Assembly: GCA_964016885.1 (NCBI GenBank)
Contig: OZ024742.1
Span: 13,082,001-13,146,000, forward strand
Reading direction: 5' to 3'
Length of the DNA: 64,000 nucleotides
Source: Eledone cirrhosa
Taxonomy: Eukaryota
Below the pieces are notes generated by a model, which did no database searches, was not told the origin of the DNA, and was given only the letters and a program-made list of their open reading frames with translations. Position 1 is the stretch's first letter. Every line of letters starts with the position of its first letter. The translations under genes were made by a program, and so were the position numbers. Of the stretch, positions 18,001-33,200 are shown piece by piece.

Positions 18001-18200
18001 CAGGAATGAAACCCACAATATTATGATCGTAAGTCCAACACCCTTACAACTAGGCCCCACCACACCTCCACAACAGACAACCCAGGAATCAAACCCACGA
18101 CATTATGATTGTAAGTCGAACAACCTTACCACTAGGTCACACCACACCTCCACAACACACAACCCAGAAATCAAACCCACGACATTATGATCGTAAGTCG
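1..18200. repeat. Higher-order repeat domain with periods of 2783, 3279, 3800, 5818 and 9618 bp
   Basis: Monomers carrying the marker variant acaacccagcctaacccagc begin at 1, 2784, 6063, 11881 and 15681. Identical spurious ORFs are offset by 3279 (2234/5513, 4487/7766) and 9618 (5041/14659, 5513/15131, 7766/17384). Confidence 0.85.
275..329 (-). promoter_or_regulatory. Representative monomer's Pol III type 2 internal promoter-like elements (A box 319-329, B box 275-285)
   Basis: Minus strand TGGCCTAGTGG fits the A-box consensus TRGCNNARYGG. GGTTTGATTCC differs from the B-box consensus GGTTCRANNCC by one C>T. The boxes are 33 nt apart. Activity is not shown. Confidence 0.75.
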
Positions 18201-21200
18201 AACACCCTTAACACTAGGCCATACGACACCTCCACATCACACCACCCATGAATCAAACCCACGACATTATGATCGTAAGTCGAACACCCTTACCACTAGG
18301 CCACACCACACCTCCACAACACACAACCCAGGAATCAAACCCACGACATTATGATCGTAAGTCGAACACCCTTACCACTAGGCCATACCACACATCCACA
18401 ACACACAACACAGGAATCAAACCCACGACATTATGATCGTAAGTCGAACACCCTTACCACTAGGCCACACCACACCTCCACAACACACAACCCAGGAATC
18501 AAACCCACGACATTATGATCGTAAGTCGAACACCCTTACCACTAGGCCACACCACACCTCCACAACACAACACAATCCAGGAATCAAACCCACGATATTA
18601 TGATCGTAAGTCCAACACCCTTACCACTAGGCCACACCACACCTCCACAACACAACACAACCCAGGAATCAAACCCACGATATTATGATCGTAAGTCCAA
18701 CACCCTTAACACTACGCCATACCACACCTCCACAACACACAACCCAGGAATCAAACCCACGACATTATGATCGTAAGCCGAACACCCTTACCACTAGGCC
18801 ACACCACACCTCCACAACACACAACCCAGGAATCAAACCCACGACATTATGATCGTAAGTCGAACACCCTTACCACTAGGCCATACCACACCTCCACAAC
18901 ACACAACCCAGGAATCAAACCCACGATATTATGATCGTAAGTCCAACACCCTTACCACTAGGCCACACCACACCTCCACAACACAACACAACCCAGGAAT
19001 CAAACCCACGATATTATGATCGTAAGTCCAACACCCTTAACACTACGCCATACCACACCTCCACATCACACAACCCACGAATCAAACCCACGACATTATG
19101 ATCGTAAGTCGAACACCCTTACCACTAGGCCACACCACACCTCCACAACACACAACCCAGGAATCAAACCCACGACATTATGATCGTAAGTCGAACACCC
19201 TTACCACTAGGCCATACCACACCTCCACAACACACAACCCAGGAATCAAACCCACGATATTATGATCGTAAGTCCAACACCCTTACCACTAGGCCCCACC
19301 ACACCTCCACAACACACAATCCAGGAATGAAACCCACAATATTATGATCGTAAGTCCAACACCCTTACAACTAGGCCCCACCACACCTCCACAACAGACA
19401 ACCCAGGATTCAAACCCACGACATTATGATCGTAAGTCGAACACCCTTAACACTAGGCCATACCACACCTCCACATCACACAACCCATGAATCAAACCCA
19501 CGACATTATGATCGTAAGTCGAACACCCTTACCACTAGGCCACACCACACCTCCACAACACACAACCCAGGAATCAAACCCACGACATTATGATCGTAAG
19601 TCGAACACCCTTACCACTAGGCCATACCACACCTCCACAACACACAACACAGGAATCAAACCCACGACATTATGATCGTAAGTCGAACACCCTTACCACT
19701 AGGCCACACCACAACTCCACAACACACAACCCAGGAATCAAATCCACGATATTATGATCGTAAGTCTAACACCCTTACCACTAGGCCTCACAACACCTCC
19801 ACAACACACAACCCAGGAATCAAACCCACGATATTATGAACGTAAGTCGAACACCCTTACCACTAGGCCATACCACACCTCCACAACACACAACACAGGA
19901 ATCAAACCCACGATATTATGATCGTAAGTCCAACACCCTTACCACTAGGCCCCACCACACCTCCACAACACACAACCCTGGAATCAAACCCACGATATTA
20001 TGATCGTAAGTCGAACACCCTTACCACTAGGCCATACCACACCTCCACAACCCAACCTAACCCAGCAATCAAACCCACGATATTATGATCGTAAGTCTAA
20101 CACCCTTACCACTAGGTCACACCACACCCCCACAACACACAACCCAGGAATCAAACCCACGACATTATGATCGTAAGTCGAACACCCTTACCACTAGGCC
20201 ATACCACACCTCCACAACACACAACCCAGGAATCAAACCCACGATATTATGATCGTAAGTCGAACACCCTTACCACTAGGCCATACCACACCTCCACAAC
20301 ACACAACACAGGAATCAAACCCACGACATTATGATCGTAAGTCGAACACCCTTACCACTAGGCCACACCACACCTCCACAACACACAACCCAGGAATCAA
20401 ATCCACGATATTATGATCGTAAGTCTAACACCCTTACCACTAGGCCTCACAACACCTCCACAACACACAACCCAGGAATCAAACCCACGATATTATGATC
20501 GTAAGTCGAACACCCTTACCACTAGGCCATACCACACCTCCACAACACACAACACAGGAATCAAACCCACGATATTATGATCGTAAGTCCAACACCCTTA
20601 CCACTAGGCCCCACCACACCTCCACAACACACAACCCAGGAATCAAACCCACGATATTATGATCGTAAGTCGAACACCCTTACCACTACGCCATACCACA
20701 CCTCCACAACCCAACCTAACCCAGCAATCAAACCCACGATATTATGATCGTAAGTCTAACACCCTTACCACTAGGCCACACCACACCCCCACAACACACA
20801 ACCCAGGAATCAAACCCACGACATTATGATCGTAAGTCGAACACCCTTACCACTAGGCCATACCAAACCTCCACAACACACAACCCAGGAATCAAACCCA
20901 CGATATTATGATCGTAAGTCGAACACCCTTACCACTAGTCCCCACCACACCTCCACAACACACAACCCAGGAATCAAACCCACGAATTTATGATCGTAAG
21001 TCCAACACCCTTACCACTAGGCCACACCACACCTCCACAACACACAACCCAGGAATCAAACCCACGACATTACGATCGTAAGTCGAACACCCACCCTTAC
21101 CACTAGTCCCCACCACACCTCCCCAACACACAACCCAGGAATCAAACCCACGATATTATGATCGTAAGTCCAACACCCTTACCACTAGGCCCCACCACAC

Positions 21201-24200
21201 CTCCACAACACAACACAACCCAGGAATCAAACCCACGATATTATGATCGTAAGTCCAACACCCTTACCACTAGGTCACACCACACCTCCACAACACACAA
21301 CCCAGGAATCAAACCCACGATATTATGATCGTAAGTCGAACACCCTTACCACTAGGTCACACCGCACCTCCACAACACAACACAACCCAGGAATCAAACC
21401 CACGATATTATGATCGTAAGACCAACACCCTTACCACTAGGCCCCACCACACCTCCACAACACACAATCCAGGAATCAAACCCACGACATTATGATCGTA
21501 AGACCAACACCCTTACCACTAGGCCCCACCACACCTCCACAACACACAACCCAGGAATCAAACCCACGATATTATGATCGTAAGTCCAATACCCTTACCA
21601 CTAGGCCCCACCACACCTCAACAACAGACAACCCAGGAATCAAACCCACGATATTATGATCGTAAGTCCAACACCCTTACCACTAGGCCATACCACACCT
21701 CCACAACCCAACCTAACCCAGGAATCAAACTCACGATATTATGATCGTAAGTCCAATACCCTTACCACTAGGCCCCACCACACCTCCACGATATTATGAT
21801 CTTAAGTCCAACACCCTTACCACTAGGTCAAAACCACACCTCCACAACACACAACACAGGAATCAAACCCACGATATTATGATCGTAAGACCAACACCCT
21901 TACCACTAGGCCCCACCGCACCACCACAACACACAACCCAGGAATCAAACCCACGATATTATGATCGTAAGTCCAACTCCCTTACCACTAGGCCACACCA
22001 CACCTCCACAACACACAACCCAGGAATCAAACCCACGATATTATGATCGTAAGTCCAACTCCCTTACCACTAGGTCACACCACACCTCCACAACACAACA
22101 CAACCCAGGAATTAAACCCACGATATTATGATCGTAAGTCCAACACCCTTACCACTAGGCCATACCACACCTCTACAACCCAACCTAACCCAGGAATCAA
22201 ACCCACGATATTATGATCGTAAGTCCAACACCCTTACCACTAGGCCCCACCACACCTCCACAACACACAATCCAGGAATGAAACCCACAATATTATGATC
22301 GTAAGTCCAACACCCTTACAACTAGGCCCCACCACACCTCCACAACAGACAACCCAGGAATCAAACCCACGACATTATGATTGTAAGTCGAACAACCTTA
22401 CCACTAGGTCACACCACACCTCCACAACACACAACCCAGAAATCAAACCCACGACATTATGATCGTAAGTCGAACACCCTTGACACTAGGCCATACCACA
22501 CCTCCACATCACACAACCCATGAATCAAACCCACGACATTATGATCGTAAGTCGAACACCCTTACCACTAGGCCACACCACACCTCCACAACACACAACC
22601 CAGGAATCAAACCCACGACATTATGATCGTAAGTCGAACACCCTTACCACTAGGCCACACCACACCTCCACAACACAACACAATCCAGGAATCAAAGCCA
22701 CGATATTATGATCGTAAGTCCAACACCCTAAACACTACGCCATACCACACCTCCACATCACACAACCCACGAATCAAACCCACGACATTATGATCGTAAG
22801 TCGAACACCCTTACCACTAGGCCACACCACACCTCCACAACACACAACCCAGGAATCAAACCCACGACATTATGATCGTAAGTCGAACACCCTTACCACT
22901 AGGCCATACCACACCTCCACAACACACAACCCAGGAATCAAACCCACGATATTATGATCGTAAGTCCAACACCCTTACCACTAGGCCACACCACACCTCC
23001 ACAACACAACACAACCCAGGAATCAAACCCACGATATTATGATCGTAAGTCCAACACCCTTAACACTACGCCATACCACACCTCCACATCACACAACCCA
23101 CGAATCAAACCCACGACATTATGATCGTAAGTCGAACACCCTTACCACTAGGCCACACCACACCTCCACAACACACAACCCAGGAATCAAACCCACGACA
23201 TTATGATCGTAAGTCGAACACCCTTACCACTAGGCCATACCACACCTCCACAACACACAACCCAGGAATCAAACCCACGATATTATGATCGTAAGTCCAA
23301 CTCCCTTACCACTAGGTCACACCACACCTCCACAACACAACACAACCCAGGAATCAAACCCACGATATTATGGTCGTAAGTCCAACACCCTTACCACTAG
23401 GCCATACCACACCTCCACAACCCAACCTAACCCAGGAATCAAACCCACGATATTATGATCGTAAGTCCAACACCCTTACCACTAGGCCCCACCACACCTC
23501 CACAACACACAATCCAGGAATGAAACCCACAATATTATGATCGTAAGTCCAACACCCTTACAACTAGGCCCCACCACACCTCCACAACAGACAACCCAGG
23601 AATCAAACCCACGACATTATGATCGTAAGTCGAACACCCTTAACACTAGGCCATACCACACCTCCACATCACACAACCCATGAATCAAACCCACGACATT
23701 ATGATCGTAAGTCGAACACCCTTACCACTAGGCCACACCACACCTCCACAACACACAACCCAGGAATCAAACCCACGACATTATGATCGTAAGTCGAACA
23801 CCCTTACCACTAGGCCATACCACACCTCCACAACACACAACACAGGAATCAAACCCACGACATTATGATCGTAAGTCGAACACCCTTACCACTAGGCCAC
23901 ACCACACCTCCACAACACACAACCCAGGAATCAAATCCACGATATTATGATCGTAAGTCTAACACCCTTACCACTAGGCCTCACAACACCTCCACAACAC
24001 ACAACCCAGGAATCAAACCCACGATATTATGATCGTAAGTCGAACACCCTTACCACTAGGCCATACCACACCTCCACAACACACAACACAGGAATCAAAC
24101 CCACGATATTATGATCGTAAGTCCAACACCCTTACCACTAGGCCCCACCACACCTCCACAACACACAACCCAGGAATCAAACCCACGATATTATGATCGT

Positions 24201-27200
24201 AAGTCGAACACCCTTACCACTAGGCCATACCACACCTCCACAACCCAACCTAACCCAGCAATCAAACCCACGATATTATGATCGTAAGTCTAACACCCTT
24301 ACCACTAGGTCACACCACACCCCCACAACACACAACCCAGGAATCAAACCCACGACATTATGATCGTAAGTCGAACACCCTTACCACTAGGCCATACCAC
24401 ACCTCCACAACACACAACCCAGGAATCAAACCCACGATATTATGATCGTAAGTCGAACACCCTTACCACTAGTCCCCACCACACCTCCACAACACACAAC
24501 CCAGGAATCAAACCCACGAATTTATGATCGTAAGTCCAACACCCTTACCACTAGGCCACACCACACCTCCACAACACACAACCCAGGAATCAAACCCACG
24601 ACATTACGATCGTAAGTCGAACACCCTTACCACTAGGCCATACCACATCTCCACAACACACAACCCAGGAATCAAACCCACGATATTATGATCGTAAGTC
24701 CAACACCCTTACCACTAGGCCCCACCACACCTCCACAACACAACACAACCCAGGAATCAAACCCACGATATTATGATCGTAAGTCCAACACCCTTACCAC
24801 TAGGTCACACCACACCTCCACAACACACAACCCAGGAATCAAACCCACGATATTATGATCGTAAGTCCAACACCCTTACCACTAGGTCACACCGCACCTC
24901 CACAACACAACACAACCCAGGAATCAAACCCACGATATTATGATCGTAAGACCAACACCCTTACCACTAGGCCCCACCACACCTCCACAACACACAATCC
25001 AGGAATCAAACCCACGACATTATGATCGTAAGTCCAATACCCTTACCACTAGGCCCCACCACACCTCAACAACAGACAACCCAGGAATCAAACCCACGAT
25101 AATATGATCGTAAGTCCAACACCCTTACCACTAGGCCATACCACACCTCCACAACCCAACCTAACCAAGGAATCAAACTCACGATATTATGATCGTAAGT
25201 CCAATACCCTTACCACTAGGCCCCACCACACCTCCACGATATTATGATCTTAAGTCCAACACCCTTACCACTAGGTCAAAACCACACCTCCACAATACAC
25301 AACCCAGGAATCAAACCCACGATATTATGATCGTAAGACCAACACCCTTACCACTAGGCCCCACCGCACCACCACAACACACAACCCCGGAATCAAACAC
25401 ACGATATTATGATCGTAAGTCCAACACCCTTACCACTAGGCCATACCACACCTCTACAACCCAACCTAACCCAGGAATCAAACCCACGATATTATGATCG
25501 TAAGTCCAACACCCTTACCACTAGGCCCCACCACACCTCCACAACACACAATCCAGGAATGAAACCCACAATATTATGATCGTAAGTCCAACACCCTTAC
25601 AACTAGGCCCCACCACACCTCCACAACAGACAACCCAGGAATCAAACCCACGACATTATGATTGTAAGTCGAACAACCTTACCACTAGGTCACACCACAC
25701 CTCCACAACACACAACCCAGAAATCAAACCCACGACATTATGATCGTAAGTCGAACACCCTTAACACTAGGCCATACCACACCTCCACATCACACAACCC
25801 ATGAATCAAACCCACGACATTATGATCGTAAGTCGAACACCCTTACCACTAGGCCACACCACACCTCCACAACACACAACCCAGGAATCAAACCCACGAC
25901 ATTATGATCGTAAGTCGAACACCCTTACCACTAGGCCATACCACACCTCCACAACACACAACCCAGGAATCAAACCCACGACATTATGATCGTAAGTCGA
26001 ACACCCTTACCACTAGGCCACACCACACCTCCACAACACACAACCCAGGAATCAAACCCACGACATTATGATCGTAAGTCGAACACCCTTACCACTAGGC
26101 CACACCACACCTCCACAACACAACACAATCCAGGAATCAAACCCACGATATTATGATCGTAAGTCCAACACCCTTACCACTAGGCCACACCACACCTCCA
26201 CAACACAACACAATCCAGGAATCAAACCCACGATATTATGATCGTAAGTCCAACACCCTTACCATAGGCCACACCACACCTCCACAACACAACACAACCC
26301 AGGAATCAAACCCACGATATTATGATCGTAAGTCCAACACCCTTAACACTACGCCATACCACACCTCCACATCACACAACCCACGAATCAAACCCACGAC
26401 ATTATGATCGTAAGTCGAACACCCTTACCACTAGGCCACACCACACCTCCACAACACACAACCCAGGAATCAAACCCACGACATTATGATCGTAAGTCGA
26501 ACACCCTTACCACTAGGCCATACCACACCTCCTCAACACACAACCCAGGAATCAAACCCACGATATTATGATCGTAAGTCGAACACCCTTACCACTAGGC
26601 CACACCACACCTGAACAACACACAACCCAGGAATCAAACCCACGATATTATGATCGTAAGTCGAACACCCTTACCACTAGGCCACACCACACCTCCACAA
26701 CACAACACAATCCAGGAATCAAACCCACGATATTATGATCGTAAGTCCAACACCCTTACCATAGGCCACACCACACCTCCACAACACAACACAACCCAGG
26801 AATCAAACCCACGATATTATGATCGTAAGTCCAACACCCTTAACACTACGCCATACCACACCTCCACAACACACAACCCAGGAATCAAACCCACGACATT
26901 ATGATCGTAAGTCGAACACCCTTACCACTAGGCCATACCACACCTCCACAACACACAACCCAGGAATCAAACCCGGATATTATGATCGTAAGTCGAACAC
27001 CCTTACCACTAGGCCCCACCACACCTCCTCTACACACAACCCAGGAATCAAACCCACGATATTATGATCGTAAGTCCAACACCCTTACCACTAGGCCACA
27101 CCACACCTCCACAACACACAACCCAGGAATCAAACCCACGATATTATGATCGTAAGTCCAACACCCTTACCACTAGGTCACACCACACATCCACAACACA

Positions 27201-30200
27201 CAACCCAGGAATCAAACCCACGATATTATGATCGTAAGTCGAACACCCTTACCACTAGGCCATACCACACCTCCACAACACACAACACAGGAATCAAACC
27301 CACGATATTATGATCGTAAGTCGAACACCCTTACCACTAGGCCACACCACACCTCCACAACACAACACAATCCAGGAATCAAACCCACGATATTATGATC
27401 GTAAGTCCAACACCCTTACCACTAGGCCACACCACACATCCACAACACACAACCCAGGAATCAAACCCACGATATTATGATCGTAAGTCGAACACCCTTA
27501 CCACTAGGCCATACCACACCTCCACAACACACAACACAGGAATCAAACCCACGATATTATGATCGTAAGTCGAACACCCTTACCACTAGGCCACACCACA
27601 CCTCCACAACACAACACAATCCAGGAATCAAACCCACGATATTATGATCGTAAGTCGAACACCCTTACCACTAGGCCACACCACACCTCCACAACACAAC
27701 ACAATCCAGGAATCAAACCCACGATATTATGATCGTAAGTCCAACACCCTTACCATAGGCCACACCACACCTCCACAACACAACACAACCCAGGAATCAA
27801 ACCCACGATATTATGGTCGTAAGTCCAACACCCTTAACACTACGCCATACCACACCTCCACAACACACAACCCAGGAATCAAACCCACGACATTATGATC
27901 GTAAGTCGAACACCCTTACCACTAGGCCATACCACACCTCCACAACACACAACCCAGGAATCAAACCCGGATATTATGATCGTAAGTCGAACACCCTTAC
28001 CACTAGGCCCCACCACACCTCCTCTACACACAACCCAGGAATCAAACCCACGATATTATGATCGTAAGTCCAACACCCTTACCACTAGGCCACACCACAC
28101 CTCCACAACACACAACCCAGGAATCAAACCCACGATATTATGATCGTAAGTCCAACACCCTTACCACTAGGTCACACCACACATCCACAACACACAACCC
28201 AGGAATCAAACCCACGATATTATGATCGTAAGTCGAACACCCTTACCACTAGGCCATACCACACCTCCACAACACACAACACAGGAATCAAACCCACGAT
28301 ATTATGATCGTAAGTCGAACACCCTTACCACTAGGCCACACCACACCTCCACAACACAACACAATCCAGGAATCAAACCCACGATATTATGATCGTAAGT
28401 CCAACACCCTTACCACTAGGCCACACCACACCTCCACAACACAACACAACCCAGGAATCAAACCCGCGATATTATGATCGTAAGTCCAACACCCTTACCA
28501 CTAGGCCCCACCACACCTCCACAACACACAACCCAGGAATCAAACCCGCGATATTATGATCGTAAGTCCAACACCCTTACCACTAGGCCTCACAACACCT
28601 CCACAACCCAACCTAACCCAGCAATCAAACCCACGATATTATGATCGTAAGTCTAACACCCTTACCACTAGGCCACACCACACCTCCACAACACAAAACC
28701 CAGGAATCAAACCCACGATATTATGATCGTAAGTCGAACACCCTTACCACTAGTCCCCACCACACCTCCACAACACACAACCCAGGAATCAAACCCACGA
28801 ATTTATGATCGTAAGTCCAACACCCTTACCACTAGGCCACCCCACACCTCCACAACACACAACCCAGGAATCAAACCCACGATAATATGATCGTAAGTCC
28901 AACACCCTTACCACTAGGCCATACCACACCTCCACAACCCAACCTAACCCAGGAATCAAACTCACGATATTATGATCGTAAGTCCAACACCCTTACCACT
29001 AGGCCCCACCACACCTCCACGATATTATGATCTTAAGTCCAACACCCTTACCACTAGGTCAAAACCACACCTCCACAACACACAACCCAGGAATCAAACC
29101 CACGATATTATGATCGTAAGACCAACACCCTTACCACTAGGCCCCACCGCACCTCCACAACACACAACCCAGGAATCAAACCCACGATATTATGATCGTA
29201 AGTCCAACACCCTTACCACTAGGCCATACCACACCTCCACAACACAAAACCCAGGAATCAAACCCACGATATTATGATCGTAAGTCGAACACCCTTACCA
29301 CTAGTCCCCACCACACCTCCACAACACACAACCCAGGAATCAAACCCACGAATTTATGATCGTAAGTCCAACACCCTTACCACTAGGCCACACCACACCT
29401 CCACAACACACAACCCAGGAATCAAACCCACGATATTATGATCGTAAGTCCAACACCCTTACCACTAGGTCACACCACACCTCCACAACACACAACCCAG
29501 GAATCAAACCCACGATATTATGATCGTAAGTCCAACACCCTTACCACTAGGTCACACCACACCTCCACAACACACAACCCAGGAATCAAACCCACGATAT
29601 TATGATCGTAAGTCGAACACCCTTACCACTAGGCCACACCACACCTCCACAACACAACACAATCCAGGAATCAAACCCACGATATTATGATCGTAAGTCC
29701 AACACCCTTACCACTAGGCCACACCACACCTCCACAACACAACACAACCCAGGAATCAAACCCGCGATATTATGATCGTAAGTCCAACACCCTTACCACT
29801 AGTCCCCACCACACCTCCACAACACACAACCCAGGAATCAAACCCGCGATATTATGATCGTAAGTCCAACACCCTTACCACTAGGCCTCACAACACCTCC
29901 ACAACCCAACCTAACCCAGCAATCAAACCCACGATATTATGATCGTAAGACTAACACCCTTACCACTAGGCCACACCACACCTCCACAACACAAAACCCA
30001 GGAATCAAACCCACGATATTATGATCGTAAGTCGAACACCCTTACCACTAGTCCCCACCACACCTCCACAACACACAACCCAGGAATCAAACCCACGAAT
30101 TTATGATCGTAAGTCCAACACCCTTACCACTAGGCCACCCCACACCTCCACAACACACAACCCAGGAATCAAACCCACGATAATATGATCGTAAGTCCAA

Positions 30201-33200
30201 CACCCTTACCACTAGGCCATACCACACCTCCACAACCCAACCTAACCCAGGAATCAAACTCACGATATTATGATCGTAAGTCCAACACCCTTACCACTAG
30301 GCCCCACCACACCTCCACGATATTATGATCTTAAGTCCAACACCCTTACCACTAGGTCAAAACCACACCTCCACAACACACAACCCAGGAATCAAACCCA
30401 CGATATTATGATCGTAAGACCAACACCCTTACCACTAGGCCCCACCGCACCTCCACAACACACAACCCAGGAATCAAACCCACGATATTATGATCGTAAG
30501 TCCAACACCCTTACCACTAGGCCATACCACACCTCCACAACACAAAACCCAGGAATCAAACCCACGATATTATGATCGTAAGTCGAACACCCTTACCACT
30601 AGTCCCCACCACACCTCCACAACACACAACCCAGGAATCAAACCCACGAATTTATGATCGTAAGTCCAACACCCTTACCACTAGGCCACACCACACCTCC
30701 ACAACACACAACCCAGGAATCAAACCCACGATATTATGATCGTAAGTCCAACACCCTTACCACTAGGTCACACCACACCTCCACAACACACAACCCAGGA
30801 ATCAAACCCACGATATTATGATCGTAAGTCCAACACCCTTACCACTAGGTCACACCACACCTCCACAACACACAACCCAGGAATCAAACCCACGACATTA
30901 TGATCGTAAGTCCAATACCCTTACCACTAGGCCCCACCACACCTCCACAACACACAATCCAGGAATGAAACCCACATTATTATGATCGTAAGTCCAACAC
31001 CATTACCACTAGGCCATACCACACCTCCACAACACAACACAACCCAGGAATCAAACCCACGATATTATGATCGTAAGTCCAACACCCTTCCATTAGGCCC
31101 CACCACACCTCCACAACAGACAACCCAGGAATCAAACCCACGACATTATGATTGTAAGTCGAACAACCTTACCACTAGGTGACACCACACCTCCACAACA
31201 CACAACCCAGGAATCAAACCCACGACATTATGATCGTAAGTCGAACACCCTTACGACTAGGCCATACCACACCTCCACAACACACAACACAGGAATCAAA
31301 CCCACGACATTATGATCGTAAGTCTAACACCCTTACCACTAGGCCACACCACACCTCCACAACACACAACCCAGGAATCAAACCCACGAATTTATGATCG
31401 TAAGTCCAACACCCTTACCACTAGGCCACACCACACCTCCACAACACACAACCCAAGAATCAAACCCACGATATTATGATCGTAAGTCCAACACCCTTAC
31501 CACTAGGTCACACCACACCTCCACAACACACAACCCAGGAATCAAACCCACGATATTATGATCGTAAGTCCAACACCCTTACCACTAGGTCACACCACAC
31601 CTCCACAACACACAACCCAGGAATCAAACCCACGACATTATGATCGTAAGTCCAATACCCTTACCACTAGGCCCCACCACACCTCCACAACACACAATCC
31701 AGGAATGAAACCCACATTATTATGATCGTAAGTCCAACACCATTACCACTAGGCCATACCACACCTCCACAACACACAACCCAGGAATCAAACCCACGAT
31801 ATTATGATCGTAAGTCCAACACCCTTACCACTAGGCCATACCACACCTCCACAACACAAAACCCAGGAATCAAACCCACGATATTATGATCGTAAGTCGA
31901 ACACCCTTACCACTAGTCCCCACCACACCTCCACAACACACAACCCAGGAATCAAACCCACGAATTTATGATCGTAAGTCCAACACCCTTACCACTAGGC
32001 CACACCACACCTCCACAACACACAACCCAGGAATCGAACCCACGATATTATGATCGTAAGTCCAACACCCTTACCACTAGGTCACACCACACCTCCACAA
32101 CACACAACCCAGGAATCAAACCCACGATATTATGATCGTAAGTCCAACACCCTTACCACTAGGTCACACCACACCTCCACAACACACAACCCAGGAATCA
32201 AACCCACGACATTATGATCGTAAGTCCAATACCCTTACCACTAGGCCCCACCACACCTCCACAACACACAATCCAGGAATGAAACCCACATTATTATGAT
32301 CGTAAGTCCAACACCATTACCACTAGGCCATACCACACCTCCACAACACAACACAACCCAGGAATCAAACCCACGATATTATGATCGTAAGTCCAACACC
32401 CTTCCACTAGGCCCCACCACACCTCCACAACAGACAACCCAGGAATCAAACCCACGACATTATGATTGTAAGTCGAACAACCTTACCACTAGGTGACACC
32501 ACACCTCCACAACACACAACCCAGGAATCAAACCCACGACATTATGATCGTAAGTCGAACACCCTTACGACTAGGCCATACCACACCTCCACAACACACA
32601 ACACAGGAATCAAACCCACGACATTATGATCGTAAGTCTAACACCCTTACCACTAGGCCACACCACACCTCCACAACACACAACCCAGGAATCAAACCCA
32701 CGACATTATGATCGTAAGTCGAACACCCTTACCACTAGGCCCCACCACACCTCCTCAACACACAACCCAGGAATCAAACACACGATATTATGATCGTAAG
32801 TCCAACACCCTTACCACTAGGCCATACCACACATCCACAACACACAACCCAGGAATCAAACCCACGACATTATGATCGTAAGTCGAACACCCTTACCACT
32901 AGGCCATACCACACCTCCACAACACACAACACAGGAATCAAACCCACGATATTATGATCGTAAGTCGAACACCCTTACCACTAGGCCACACCACACCTCC
33001 ACAACACAACACAATCCAGGAATCAAACCCACGATATTATGATCGTAAGTCCAACACCCTTACCACTAGGCCACACCACACCTCCACAACACAACACAAC
33101 CCAGGAATCAAACCCACGATATTATGATCGTAAGTCCAACACCCTTACCACTACGCCCCACCACACCTCCACAACATACAACCCGGGAATCAAACCCACG

